From: Acidobacteriota bacterium
GTDB lineage: Bacteria; Acidobacteriota; UBA890; WLXD01
DNA: 64,000 bases
Reading direction: 5' to 3'
Assembly (NCBI GenBank): GCA_012103255.1
Contig: WLXD01000005.1
Coordinates: 115,225 to 179,224 of the forward strand
Shown here: in pieces, positions 20,073 through 29,823 of the stretch
Position numbering within the stretch: position 1 is the first letter of the stretch
How the letters are laid out: the number at the start of each line of letters is the position of its first letter
Position numbers and translations under genes: made by a program
Notes under the pieces: model-generated
What the model saw: only the letters and a program-made list of their open reading frames with translations
Told to the model about the DNA's origin: nothing
The model's database searches: none

Positions 20073-21446
20073 TCAATGATCTCCGGCGTCGGGCCGTGAA
20101 CGGGTGACGGTGCATTCAAGTTGGCCGCGGGCGAGGCGGACCTGAATGTCGTCGCCTGGTCGGGATCGGGTGGCGTCGCTCAGAACGGAGCCGTCCTCCG
20201 CCTGGCAGAGCGCGTAGCCACGGCCCAGCACGGCCAATGGATTCATGGCTTCGGTGCGCGCGGCCGTGGTGGCCAGACGATCTCGTCGGTCGCGGAGTCG
20301 TTGGTCCATCGCTCCGCGCAGGGCAGCACTCGAACGCGCGAGACGCCTTTCCGCCTGTGCAAGTAGTGCGCCGGGATCGCGCCGTAGCAGCGTGGCGGCC
20401 GCAGCCGCGACGCGTGTGCGCGCTTCCTGCCGACGGGACTCCAGAGCACGTTCCGTCTTGTCGGATGCCGCGTCCAGGCGCTGCTGATGCGCTCGGATCA
20501 GGCGCTGGGGTTCCGACATCGATCGGGCCAGGCGCGGGTCGTTGAGTCGCCGTTCGCACAGTGCTGCAGTGGCATGCATCGCGTGGCCGGAACGTCGTAT
20601 CGCTTCGGTAACTCGGCGCGCCAGTTCGTCGGACGACGGGGCCACGATCTCGGCCGCCGCAGTGGGGGTGGCGGCTCGTGCGTCGGCTACAAGATCGGCG
20701 ATCGAGAAGTCGGTTTCATGTCCGACGGCCGCGATGATCGGGATGGGACACTCCGCAATAGCTCGTGCCACGACCTCGTCATTGAAGGCCCAGAGATCTT
20801 CACGGGAGCCACCGCCGCGGCCGACGATGAGAACCTCGGACTCTCCCTGATCACGCAGCAGACGGATCGCCTCGGCGATTTCGCTCGGCGCGAATTCGCC
20901 CTGAACCCGGGCAGGGGAGAGCAACGCACGCACGGCGACACCGCGGCGCGACCATACCTTGCGCATGTCGTGCCACGCAGCTCCGCTAGCGGAGGTGACA
21001 ACTCCCACGCACGAGGGTAGCGCCGGCAGCGCCTGTTTTGAGGACGGGTCGAACAGGCCCTCGGCCTTGAGCCGTTGTTTCAACTGCTCGTAGGCCAGCT
21101 GTTGCGCGCCTAGTCCGGCCGGCTCGAGTGCGCTGGCTATGAGCTGAAAGCGCCCCTGGGGCTCGTAGATCGACAGACGCCCCTGCGCTACGACCTCCAT
21201 GCCCTCCTCGACGCTGAATGGCACGCGGAGGTTGTCGCTGCGAAACATGGCGACCGGCAGGACGGCATCCTCGTCCTTGAGGCTGAAGTACCAATGCCCG
21301 GTCCTCATCTGGCGGAGACTGGTCACTTCGCCACGGATCCATAGACCGGTGAACGTCGTTTCTAACGCCCAGCGAGCTTCGCCCAGGATCTCGCTGACCG
21401 CCCAGATCTCGCGCTCGCCGTCGAGCGGAAGGGATGCTTGGCTCAT
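20073..21446 (-). CDS. xseA: Exodeoxyribonuclease VII large subunit
   Basis: GHWYFSLKD, EGLFD, VQGE, RGGGSREDLWAFNDE, VGHETD, TPTAAAE. Confidence 0.96.
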   Translation of the reverse strand: MSQASLPLDGEREIWAVSEILGEARWALETTFTGLWIRGEVTSLRQMRTGHWYFSLKDEDAVLPVAMFRSDNLRVPFSVEEGMEVVAQGRLSIYEPQGRFQLIASALEPAGLGAQQLAYEQLKQRLKAEGLFDPSSKQALPALPSCVGVVTSASGAAWHDMRKVWSRRGVAVRALLSPARVQGEFAPSEIAEAIRLLRDQGESEVLIVGRGGGSREDLWAFNDEVVARAIAECPIPIIAAVGHETDFSIADLVADARAATPTAAAEIVAPSSDELARRVTEAIRRSGHAMHATAALCERRLNDPRLARSMSEPQRLIRAHQQRLDAASDKTERALESRRQEARTRVAAAAATLLRRDPGALLAQAERRLARSSAALRGAMDQRLRDRRDRLATTAARTEAMNPLAVLGRGYALCQAEDGSVLSDATRSRPGDDIQVRLARGQLECTVTRSRPDAGDH

Positions 21447-22243
21447 TCTTGGGAGTCGGATCCGAACGGTGGGTCGACGAACGTCTCGATGCCGATCGCT
21501 TCACCGGTTGCAGGATCAGCCTCGACGACCGCACCGGCCACCGCGAGGCCGCCACTGGCGACCTGGAAGCGAACGGGACGCGCTGTGCGCAGCCGTTCGA
21601 TCGCGAGGTCGGGTCGAGTACCGATGACTGAATCGTATGGCCCTGTCATGCCCACGTCTGTGCAATAAGCGGTGCCGCCAGGCAGGACCCGGGCGTCGGC
21701 GGTAGGAACGTGCGTGTGAGTGCCGAGCACCGCCGTGAGCCGGCCGTCGCAATACCAGCCCATCGAGAGCTTCTCCGAGGTCGCCTCGGCGTGCATGTCG
21801 AGAAAGATCAATTTGGCACTGCTGCCGATCTCGTCGAGCAGTCGGTCAATGGCGGCCAACGGGCAATCGATCGGTGGCATGAAAACGCGCCCCTGCAGAT
21901 TGATCACCGCAATCGAGTCCCCGCTGCGGGTCGTGCCAATGTACAGACCGCTGCCAGGCGGGCGCCCCGGGTAGTTGTCCGGCCGGAGGAGTCGGGCCTC
22001 GGACACGAGGGATTGCTCCACCGAAGACTGGGCCCAGATGTGATTGCCACTCGTGATGACGTCGACGCCCAGGTCGAGTGTCTCGTCCACGATCTGAGGC
22101 GTGATCCCGCGCCCGCCCGCGGAGTTCTCCGCGTTCACCACGGTGAAGTCGACGGCATAGCGTCGCTGCAGCTTGCGCAGTCTCGCGGCCAGCACATCGC
22201 GGCCGGGTTTGCCAATGACGTCGCCAATGAAGAGGAATTTCAA
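21443..22243 (-). CDS. ymdB: YmdB/TIGR00282-family metallophosphoesterase
   Basis: [42 protein letters not shown]; directly downstream of rny. Confidence 0.92.
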   Translation of the reverse strand: MKFLFIGDVIGKPGRDVLAARLRKLQRRYAVDFTVVNAENSAGGRGITPQIVDETLDLGVDVITSGNHIWAQSSVEQSLVSEARLLRPDNYPGRPPGSGLYIGTTRSGDSIAVINLQGRVFMPPIDCPLAAIDRLLDEIGSSAKLIFLDMHAEATSEKLSMGWYCDGRLTAVLGTHTHVPTADARVLPGGTAYCTDVGMTGPYDSVIGTRPDLAIERLRTARPVRFQVASGGLAVAGAVVEADPATGEAIGIETFVDPPFGSDSQE

Positions 22244-23808
22244 TGTGCGATCTCCACCGCGCGAGTCTCGCGGATCACGGTGACTTTGATTTCGCCGGGG
22301 AACTGGACCTCACGTTCGATCCGATTGGCGATGTCACGCGAGAGCCATAGCGACTCGTCGTCGCTGACCTTGCTCGGCTCAACAATGATCCGGAGTTCAC
22401 GGCCAGCCTGAATTGCATACGCCTTCGCCACGCCGCGGAAGGAGTCCGCGATGGTCTCGAGTTTCTCGAGGCGCTTCACGTAGGTCTCCAGCATGTCGCG
22501 CCGGGCACCCGGTCGCGCCGCCGAGAGCGCGTCGGCGGCCTGGACCAGGACGGCCTCAACGGTCGCAGGCTCCACGTCGAAGTGATGCGCTTCCATTGCC
22601 TGGATAACTTCTTCCGACTCGCCATACTTTTGGAGCAAGTCGATGCCGATCTGGAGATGAGTCCCTTCCACCTCTTGGTCGATCGCCTTGCCGATATCGT
22701 GGAGGAGGCCGCCGCGCCGCGCGATTGCTTCTTCACCACCAAGTTCGGCCGCCATGATGCCAGTGATCGTCGAGACCTCGACCGAATGGCGGAGCACATT
22801 CTGCCCGTACGATGTGCGGTACTTCAGCATGCCGAGCAGTCGGTTCAGTTCCGGGTGCAGATCGTGGACTCCGGCCTCGGCGGCTGCCGCGGTGCCGTCG
22901 ACAACGGTCTGTTCGTCGATCTCGGCACGCACGCGCTCGACGACCTCTTCGATCCGGGCCGGATGGATCCTGCCGTCGGCCACGAGACGTTCGAGAGCGA
23001 GCTTGGCGATCTCACGCCGGTACGGGTCGAAGCTCGAAATCAGCACCGCTTCGGGCGTGTCGTCTACGATCAGGTTCACTCCCGCCATCATCTCGAACGA
23101 TCTGATGTTGCGGCCCTCGCGACCGATTACGCGGCCCTTCATGTCGTCAGAAGGCAGTTCCACCACCGAGACCGTGTTCTCGGCGACATGGCCGCTGGCG
23201 CAGCGCTGAATCGCTAGTGCGATCACCCGTTGGGCGTCGCGCGACGCCGTGTTCTTTGCCCGATTGACGATCTCCTCAGCCACACGCGCGCCCTCGTCGC
23301 GTGCTTCGCGCGCCATCGCCCGGACAAGCTGGGCCCGGGCATCGTCGCGGTTGTACGACGCCGCTCGCTCGAGCTGTGTTACGGCTTGGTCCCGGTGTTC
23401 GGCCGCCTCCTCCCGTAGGAGATTGACGTCGCGCTCCATGCCGAGCAGGCGTTTCTCGTAGCGCTTGAGTTTGCGTTGGCGCTCGTCGAGCTTGCCGACG
23501 CGCTTCTCGAGAGACTCTTCACGTTCGTGAAGGCGTCCTTCGCTGGCAAGAAGCTGTTGGCGGCGTTCGCGGGCTTCCTCTTCGAGGGAGGCCCGATCAC
23601 CGTGGAGTTGTTCGCGGCCTTCGAGTCGAGCCTCTTTCACCGCCGATTCAACTTCGCGCTGAGCGTTCGCGAGAATCTCGTCTGCGCGTCGCTGAGCGTC
23701 GCGGAGGGCCGCCTGGGCGGCACTCTTTCGAGTGGTGAGCGTGTAGACTACGAGGCCTATCGCAAAGAGGATCGCAGCGGCCGCGCCGTAGACGATCAGG
23801 TCAGGCAT
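22240..23808 (-). CDS. rny: Ribonuclease Y
   Basis: N-terminal TM, coiled coil, KH ([13 protein letters not shown]), HD (LLHDIGK), [15 protein letters not shown]. Confidence 0.97.
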   Translation of the reverse strand: MPDLIVYGAAAAILFAIGLVVYTLTTRKSAAQAALRDAQRRADEILANAQREVESAVKEARLEGREQLHGDRASLEEEARERRQQLLASEGRLHEREESLEKRVGKLDERQRKLKRYEKRLLGMERDVNLLREEAAEHRDQAVTQLERAASYNRDDARAQLVRAMAREARDEGARVAEEIVNRAKNTASRDAQRVIALAIQRCASGHVAENTVSVVELPSDDMKGRVIGREGRNIRSFEMMAGVNLIVDDTPEAVLISSFDPYRREIAKLALERLVADGRIHPARIEEVVERVRAEIDEQTVVDGTAAAAEAGVHDLHPELNRLLGMLKYRTSYGQNVLRHSVEVSTITGIMAAELGGEEAIARRGGLLHDIGKAIDQEVEGTHLQIGIDLLQKYGESEEVIQAMEAHHFDVEPATVEAVLVQAADALSAARPGARRDMLETYVKRLEKLETIADSFRGVAKAYAIQAGRELRIIVEPSKVSDDESLWLSRDIANRIEREVQFPGEIKVTVIRETRAVEIAH

Positions 23809-23862
23809 TGTTACCCCCCTTTGGCCAAGGGGCAACGACAGAGCGAGACAGCACGGCACGGC

Positions 23863-24022
23863 GCCGAGCGTTCCGGGGTCACACGGGTGACGTCAACTAC
23901 GTTACTGGTGCTGGATCAGCGTGGCGCACGCACTCCACAAGCCCGCCTGAGCGGGATCTGATGGCGCATACGAGTAGCGGTTGGTGTCATTCAGTCGGGT
24001 TTCCGGGAACATCGTTCAGCGG
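23863..24022. ncRNA. Candidate structured RNA at the usual 6S RNA (ssrS) position
   Basis: 178-nt zapA-rny gap containing a long nested stem with a branched tip (folded by eye); syntenic position of 6S RNA; strand and ends uncertain. Confidence 0.35.
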
Positions 24023-24292
24023 TTCCAAGGCGGCAAGCAGTCGCTTGCTCATGCTCTGGCACCGTTCATCGATCTCGGCCTGACGTTGCTCGAGAGCCTT
24101 GCGGGTTCGGTAGTAGTCATCAGCGATGTTGAGCGCCGCCAAGATGGCGGCATCAACATCGTTTCCGGGCTCAAGCTGAGACGCCATTTGTCGCATTCGA
24201 CGGTCGACATACTCGGCAAGGGCCTGGACAGTTTCAGGTTCTTGTTCTCCGCCTATGTTATAGCGGCGTCCATAGATATCAACGGAGGTCAC
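23987..24292 (-). CDS. zapA: Cell division protein ZapA
   Basis: VDIYGRRY, LAEYVDRRM, AILAALNIADD. Confidence 0.9.
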   Translation of the reverse strand: MTSVDIYGRRYNIGGEQEPETVQALAEYVDRRMRQMASQLEPGNDVDAAILAALNIADDYYRTRKALEQRQAEIDERCQSMSKRLLAALEPLNDVPGNPTE

Positions 24293-24567
24293 GGTACCGG
24301 TGTCTCCTGCGAGGTTTGAGCGGCGGCGAGCAGGCGCTGGCGCACGCGTTGGAGTCGCTCCCGGATAGCCGCGCGCTCAGCTTCCAGGGCCGCGATGCGA
24401 TCGTCCGCGTCGGCGGCGGCGCGACGATCAATGTCCGCGGAGTCCGGTGGGACGGATGCGATGTCGGCGGGGGGCGGCCCGGCGGCGGGCTTCTTCGCGG
24501 CATCGGCCACAGTCCGTTCGACCGCGGCGACGGCTTCTTCGAGGGTGGCGAAGGGGTCGTGACTCAT
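24289..24567 (-). CDS. Small coiled-coil protein, ZapB-like by position
   Basis: FATLEEAV...RIAALEAERAAIRERLQRV heptads; between pheT and zapA with GTGA overlap. Confidence 0.55.
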   Translation of the reverse strand: MSHDPFATLEEAVAAVERTVADAAKKPAAGPPPADIASVPPDSADIDRRAAADADDRIAALEAERAAIRERLQRVRQRLLAAAQTSQETPVP

Positions 24568-24589
24568 GTCGTCGATGGGTGTGGCTCGT

Positions 24590-26635
24590 TCAGCGTTGGC
24601 GGGCGTCCAGGTGCTTCACAAGAAGGCCGACCGCGGTGGTGTGCGCTTGCTCGATCTCCTCGGCCGTGAGGGTGCGCTCGTCGGACCGATAGGTCAACCG
24701 GAGCGTCCAAGCCGTGGTGGACTCCGGCAGATCCTCTCCTCGATAGCGTTCGAGCAAACGGTGCTCGACAAGCGGGGTCCCCGCGGCGTCGACCAGGGCT
24801 TCGGCGACCTTGGCGAAGGGCGTGGAGTCGCCCACGATGAGCGACACGTCTCGTTCGGCTGCCGGGTACCGGGGCAACGCGGCGATCGCCGGCGGAGACG
24901 TTGGCCGCTCGATGTAGTCCTCGATGTCGATCTCGGCGATCCATGCATCGACCTCGAGGCCAAATGCGGCCGCCGCTGCGGGGTCGATCTTGCCCGCAAG
25001 ACCGATCGTCGCGCCTTCACAACTGATGGCTGCGCAGGCGCCGGATTGGAATCCTTGATGTTCGGCGGGCGCCCAGGAAATACTCGGCCAGCGCATGTGA
25101 TTCCAGATCGTCTCCATCGCACCCACCACGTCGCCGAGCTCGCCGGCACGTCCGCCTGCCACCCAACTTGCCGGCGCGGAAGATCCGGTCATCAGAAGAG
25201 CCAGCGTACGGCGCTCGTCAACGCCACCTTCCGGTTTGGGGGCGAACGTGCGTCCGACCTCGAAGAGGCGCACACGGCCTGCGCCGACGTTGTGATTGCG
25301 ACTGGCGGCCGCCACAAGGTTCGGCGTGATGTGGCGTCGCATGACCGCGAACGCTTCGGACAACGGGTTGGACAGCTGGACGTAGTCGCTCTCCGGGGCA
25401 GCGAATTGGTCCTGTTCGTGCCGGGCGGTGAAGACGAAAGAGATGGCTTCCCAGAAACCCAGACCCGTAGCGATCTCGCGGATCGCTTGCTCGCGAATTA
25501 GGCTCGGCTGAGGGCCACCACCGCCAGGGCGACGAAGCACCGGCAATGTGGTGGGTAGTTGGTCGTAGCCGACGAATCTCGCGACTTCCTCAACGAGGTC
25601 GACTTCGAGCGTCACATCCACCCGGCGCGCCGGAATGCCTACGCCGTATCCGGACTCACTCGTGTCGACTGTGAAGTCCAACGCAGTCAGAATGCGCGCG
25701 ACTTCTTCACTCTCGACATCTGTGCCGAGTAAGCCGTGGAGCCGCTCGCGCGACAGTTCGAGACTTCGCGCCGGCGGAACTTCGCGTGTCACGTCGATCG
25801 CTGTAGCGCTGAGTCTCGCGCCGGCGGTTTCCTGCATGAGCGCGCAGGCCCGGTCGACGGCCTGGTCAATGCCATCAACCGAAAGACCACGTTCGAACCG
25901 ATGGCTGGCGTCCGTATGCATTCCGTGCCGCTTGGACATCCGGCGAACGGTGACCGCGTCGAAGAACGCGCACTCGAGCAGAACCCGCGTAGTCGACTCG
26001 GTGACGCCAGTATCGTTGCCGCCCATCACACCAGCGAGTCCGACCACGCGGCTGTTGTCCGCGATGACGAGATCGTTCTCAGTGAGTTCGCGGTCGACGT
26101 CGTCGAGAGTGATGAGGTGTTCTCCGGCGTGGGCTCGACGCACGACGATCGCGTTGCCCGCCAACTTGTCGAGATCGTAGGCGTGCATCGGTCGCCCGAC
26201 TTCCCACATCACGAAGTTGGTGATGTCGACGACGTTGTTGATTGGTCTCAAGCCAATGGACTCGAGGCGCTCGCACAACCATGCCGGCGACGGGCCGACT
26301 TCAACATCCAGCGCCACGCGCCCGACAAAACGAATGCACGCCGCGTCGTCGAGCCGAACCGTTGCGAAATCACCACTGTCCGCGCCGGGTTCGGCGTCGA
26401 AGCTGACCTCTGGAAGCTGCACCGGCTGTTTGCGCGACACCGCGATCTCGCGCGCGATGCTCCAGTGATTCATCGCGTCTGGCCGGTTGCTGGGGAAATC
26501 GAGATCGAGCAGGACGTCGTCGCCGTTCGGGCGCGCATCATCCACGACAAAGCCGAGCATCGACATTGCCTCGTAGAGCTCGCTCCCGTCGGGGAGTTCC
26601 GTGTAGGCGGCGATCCAATCTCGCGAAAAACGCAT
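24590..26635 (-). CDS. pheT: Phenylalanine--tRNA ligase beta subunit (short form)
   Basis: NRPD, INNVVDITN, PMHAYD, GVMGG, RFERG, DLVEEVAR, LFEVG, C-terminal FDX-ACB domain. Confidence 0.96.
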   Translation of the reverse strand: MRFSRDWIAAYTELPDGSELYEAMSMLGFVVDDARPNGDDVLLDLDFPSNRPDAMNHWSIAREIAVSRKQPVQLPEVSFDAEPGADSGDFATVRLDDAACIRFVGRVALDVEVGPSPAWLCERLESIGLRPINNVVDITNFVMWEVGRPMHAYDLDKLAGNAIVVRRAHAGEHLITLDDVDRELTENDLVIADNSRVVGLAGVMGGNDTGVTESTTRVLLECAFFDAVTVRRMSKRHGMHTDASHRFERGLSVDGIDQAVDRACALMQETAGARLSATAIDVTREVPPARSLELSRERLHGLLGTDVESEEVARILTALDFTVDTSESGYGVGIPARRVDVTLEVDLVEEVARFVGYDQLPTTLPVLRRPGGGGPQPSLIREQAIREIATGLGFWEAISFVFTARHEQDQFAAPESDYVQLSNPLSEAFAVMRRHITPNLVAAASRNHNVGAGRVRLFEVGRTFAPKPEGGVDERRTLALLMTGSSAPASWVAGGRAGELGDVVGAMETIWNHMRWPSISWAPAEHQGFQSGACAAISCEGATIGLAGKIDPAAAAAFGLEVDAWIAEIDIEDYIERPTSPPAIAALPRYPAAERDVSLIVGDSTPFAKVAEALVDAAGTPLVEHRLLERYRGEDLPESTTAWTLRLTYRSDERTLTAEEIEQAHTTAVGLLVKHLDARQR

Positions 26636-26642
26636 CGGTGGC

Positions 26643-27698
26643 TCAGGTAGTGAACTGGCGCAGGAAGCGCAGGTCGTTCTCGTAGTACGCGCGGATATCG
26701 CTCAGGCCGTAGCGGACCTGGGCAATGCGGTCGACGCCCATGCCAAACGCGAAACCCTGAACCTTCGTGGAGTCCCATCCGACATTGTCGAAGAGGGCAG
26801 GGTGGACCATGCCGCACCCGAGGAGTTCAACCCAGCCTGATCCCTTGCACACCCGGCAGCCGCTGCCCTTGCAGGCAGGGCAAGTTGCGTCGACCTCGGC
26901 CGATGGCTCGGTGAAGGGAAAATAGCCGGGCCGGAACCGGGTGCTCGTTTCCGGCCCGAAGAGGGCCTTGGCGAAGTGGTCGAGGGTTCCCTTGAGGTCC
27001 GCCATCGTGATGTCGGTATCAACGACCAGGCCCTCGCACTGCACGAACATCGGGTTGTGCGTTGCGTCTGGAGTGTCGCGTCGGAACACTCGCCCGGGAA
27101 CGATGATTGCGAGCGGCGGTTCGTTCTCTTCCATGTGCCGGATCTGCACGGGCGACGTGTGCGTACGCAAGAGCAGATCGCCAGCGAGCATCATGGTGTC
27201 CTGCTCGTCCCGCGCCGGGTGATCGTCGGGGAAGTTGAGCGCGCCGAAGTTGTACCAGTCGGTTTCGACTTCCGGCCCGTCGACGACGGCGTATCCCATC
27301 GAGACGAATACGTTCTGGATCTCGAGAAGAGTTTGCGTAATCGGGTGTAGCCCGCCGAGCGGGTCCGGCAGCCCGGGAAGAGTCGGGTCTACCGCTTCCG
27401 CGGCTTCGCGGCTCCGGCGCGCAGAGTCCTTGAGCCCGGTCTCGACGTCGCTGATGCGCGCCGTGATGGTCTGGCGCACTTGATTGGCCGCCGCGCCGGC
27501 TGCGCGCTTGGCGTCGCCGTCCAGATCCCGTAGAGCCTGGAAGAGCGCCGTCACCGCACCACGCTTGCGACCAAGGTAGGCCGCGTGCAGTTCCTCGGCG
27601 TCCTCGAGGCTGGCGACAGCCGTGACGTCGTGCTCGAATCGTTCGAGAACGCCCTGCGCGTCCACCGTCAGATCGCCGGCGTCAGCCTCGGTGCTCAC
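26643..27698 (-). CDS. pheS: Phenylalanine--tRNA ligase alpha subunit
   Basis: HPARD, LLRTHTSPVQ, YFPFTEPS, CxxC..CxxC, GFAFGMG. Confidence 0.97.
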   Translation of the reverse strand: MSTEADAGDLTVDAQGVLERFEHDVTAVASLEDAEELHAAYLGRKRGAVTALFQALRDLDGDAKRAAGAAANQVRQTITARISDVETGLKDSARRSREAAEAVDPTLPGLPDPLGGLHPITQTLLEIQNVFVSMGYAVVDGPEVETDWYNFGALNFPDDHPARDEQDTMMLAGDLLLRTHTSPVQIRHMEENEPPLAIIVPGRVFRRDTPDATHNPMFVQCEGLVVDTDITMADLKGTLDHFAKALFGPETSTRFRPGYFPFTEPSAEVDATCPACKGSGCRVCKGSGWVELLGCGMVHPALFDNVGWDSTKVQGFAFGMGVDRIAQVRYGLSDIRAYYENDLRFLRQFTT

Positions 27699-27706
27699 GG
27701 CCCCGC

Positions 27707-28063
27707 CTAGGCGAGGGCGTTCTTGGCGGTCGCGGTAAGCGCCTCGAATCCCCGGGGATCCTCCACCGCGATCTCTGCCAGCACCTTGCGGTCCAGACCA
27801 ACACCGGCCGTACTGAGGCCATGCATGAACTGGCTGTAGCTGAGACCGTGCTCACGGGTCGCCGCGTTGATGCGAACGATCCAGAGTCGGCGGAAGTCAC
27901 GCTTCTTACGCTTACGCCCATGGAAGGCGTATGCGAGGGCGCGATCAACGGCATCACGAGCCTGGCTGTAGGTACGGCTCTTGGCGCCGTAGTAGCCCTT
28001 GGCTTGCTTCAGAATGCGCCGGCGGCGCTTTGTGTGGACGTTTCCACGCTTTACGCGGGCCAT
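27707..28063 (-). CDS. rplT: 50S ribosomal protein L20
   Basis: MARVKRG, AKGYYG, KRDFRRLWIVRINAA, DRKVLAEIA. Confidence 0.97.
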   Translation of the reverse strand: MARVKRGNVHTKRRRRILKQAKGYYGAKSRTYSQARDAVDRALAYAFHGRKRKKRDFRRLWIVRINAATREHGLSYSQFMHGLSTAGVGLDRKVLAEIAVEDPRGFEALTATAKNALA

Positions 28064-28086
28064 CGTAGTTCTCCGTTCTTGAGCGG

Positions 28087-28281
28087 CTAGTCGTTGAGCA
28101 GGCGGTCGACGCGCTTGTGGTCGGCGCTGCTTACGAGTGCCGACTTGCGAAGGCGCCGGACTCGATCAGGCGACTTGCTCGCCATCATGTGACTCTTGTA
28201 GGCGCGGCTGCGTTTCAGCTTGCCGCTGCCGGTGCGCTTGATGCGCTTGGCGGCCCCGCGATGTGTTTTTAGCTTCGGCAT
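28087..28281 (-). CDS. rpmI: 50S ribosomal protein L35
   Basis: [18 protein letters not shown]. Confidence 0.97.
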   Translation of the reverse strand: MPKLKTHRGAAKRIKRTGSGKLKRSRAYKSHMMASKSPDRVRRLRKSALVSSADHKRVDRLLND

Positions 28282-28336
28282 GGGTGTCCTCAGTGGCTCG
28301 CTTGAATTTCTCTTGTCGGCGCGATGCCGACCCCGG

Positions 28337-28846
28337 CTAGTCCCGCTTCGGGGTAAGCACCATGTGCATCTGTCGGCCCTGCATCGAAGGGCGGCTCTCG
28401 ACGCGGAACATTTCGTCGCCGAGATCTTCCTGAACTCGCTCTAGAATCGCGCGCCCCAACTCAGGGTGAACGACCTCACGGCCTCGGAACATGATCGTCG
28501 CCTTGACCATGTGGCCCTGGTCCAGGAAACGCTTAATGTGATTGAGTTTGAAGCCGTAGTCGTGATCGTCGATCTTGGGCCTGAATTTTACCTCTTTCAG
28601 CTGCGGCTGATGTGACTTCTGCTTCTTGTCCTTGGCAAGGCGATATGTGTACTTGCCATAGTCCATGAGTCGGCACACAGGCGGCTTGGCCATGGGTGCC
28701 ACCTCAACGAGGTCCATCCCCGCATCACGGGCACGTTGCATTGCATCGTCCGTATCGACTACGCCGGCTTGCTCGCCCTCGGCGTCAATCAGTCGGACCT
28801 GGGGGACTCGAATGTTCTCGTTGATGCGGTGTCGCCGGTCGCTGAT
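28337..28846 (-). CDS. infC: Translation initiation factor IF-3 (non-canonical ATC start)
   Basis: Frame extends upstream of the ORF-track start as [21 protein letters not shown]; [31 protein letters not shown]; GAGGT SD 7 nt before ATC. Confidence 0.93.
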   Translation of the reverse strand: MSDRRHRINENIRVPQVRLIDAEGEQAGVVDTDDAMQRARDAGMDLVEVAPMAKPPVCRLMDYGKYTYRLAKDKKQKSHQPQLKEVKFRPKIDDHDYGFKLNHIKRFLDQGHMVKATIMFRGREVVHPELGRAILERVQEDLGDEMFRVESRPSMQGRQMHMVLTPKRD

Positions 28847-28886
28847 GCTCGTAACCTCGTGTTTTGGGACGGAAGCGAGTGCACAG

Positions 28887-28959
28887 TAGGCGCGGCCGGG
28901 CTCGAACCGACGACCTCTTCCGCGTCAGGGAAGCGCTCTCCCAGCTGAGCTACGCGCCT
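28887..28959 (-). tRNA. tRNA-Val(GAC)
   Basis: AGGCGCG acceptor stem, GCTC/GAGC D-stem, CTTCC-CTGACGC-GGAAG anticodon arm, TTCGAGC T-loop; CCA not encoded. Confidence 0.95.
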
Positions 28960-29035
28960 GGGTGATTGACCTGGACAGCAAAACGGCCCCCTAGCCCGCC
29001 AGCGCGCGCACGGGAGCCGCGTCCGAGTCCGAGAC

Positions 29036-29065
29036 AATATAGCAGCGCCCGCGGAAAACGGTCAA
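29036..29065 (-). promoter_or_regulatory. Putative sigma70 promoter for tRNA-Val-infC operon
   Basis: TTGACC-18 nt-TATATT with extended TGc on the minus strand. Confidence 0.6.
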
Positions 29066-29089
29066 CGCGATATCTACCTGGAAAACGCC

Positions 29090-29785
29090 CTAATCGTGGC
29101 GTCTGCGAGACGTCCGTGGGCCGGAAAAGAACGCCACGACGACTCCCGAGAGGACGTCCGCCGGGAGATGGGCTACATAGCCGTGGAAGACGAGGTTGCC
29201 CCATGTCTCGGCACCAGCGACGGACTCACCCTGCAAACGCTCGAGAATCAGGACCCAATCCAGTCCGAGAATGTAGAAGGGCGCCAGCGCAACCATGAAG
29301 CCGAGCACCCGCATCGGGTGCCTGACGAGGCGCATCGCGTAGTAGAACGCGATCACCAGTGCCATCACGAGCACGGAGTTGTAGTAGGTGCGTAACTGCA
29401 GTCCGGCCCACGGTTCCTGCCACGCCATTGCGGCAGGCACAGCAGCGGCAAGCATCACAACGGCTGTCCGCCACACCCATCGCGGGTGCTGAAGCGGTTT
29501 GTCGGCGGGGGCCAGCCACCCGGCCATCGCTGCGGCAGCTATGTGCCCGACGATGTAGCCCCACTCCACGCTCGATCCGATCAGCCCGGTGCCAGTGAGC
29601 AACAAAGCCGGACCTGCAGCGAGCACTTGGGAGTACGCGCCTCGACGACTGCCGAGAAACGAGCCGGCCAGCAGGGCAATGCCGGTGCCGAGCGAGTATC
29701 GACCGAGGGTCAGCTCGTACCCGAACGCGGTCGCCGCGAGCGTAGCCAGTGCCCAGGCCCATGCGGGCCATTCACGTGGTGTCAT
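29090..29785 (-). CDS. BioY-like integral membrane protein (divergent ECF S-component)
   Basis: LLAGSFLGSRRGAYSQ, WGYIVGHIAAAAMAGWLA, YILGLDW, HLPADVL resemble BioY segments. Confidence 0.6.
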   Translation of the reverse strand: MTPREWPAWAWALATLAATAFGYELTLGRYSLGTGIALLAGSFLGSRRGAYSQVLAAGPALLLTGTGLIGSSVEWGYIVGHIAAAAMAGWLAPADKPLQHPRWVWRTAVVMLAAAVPAAMAWQEPWAGLQLRTYYNSVLVMALVIAFYYAMRLVRHPMRVLGFMVALAPFYILGLDWVLILERLQGESVAGAETWGNLVFHGYVAHLPADVLSGVVVAFFSGPRTSRRRHD

Positions 29786-29823
29786 CTGTCCACCCTAGTT
29801 GACCCTGCCCTCGCCGCGCACGC

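Noticed and set aside
28315-28331. Hairpin GTCGGC/GCCGAC between infC and rpmI as an L20 regulatory leader
   Set aside because: Only a 6-bp stem in GC-rich DNA; cannot be assigned without covariation evidence
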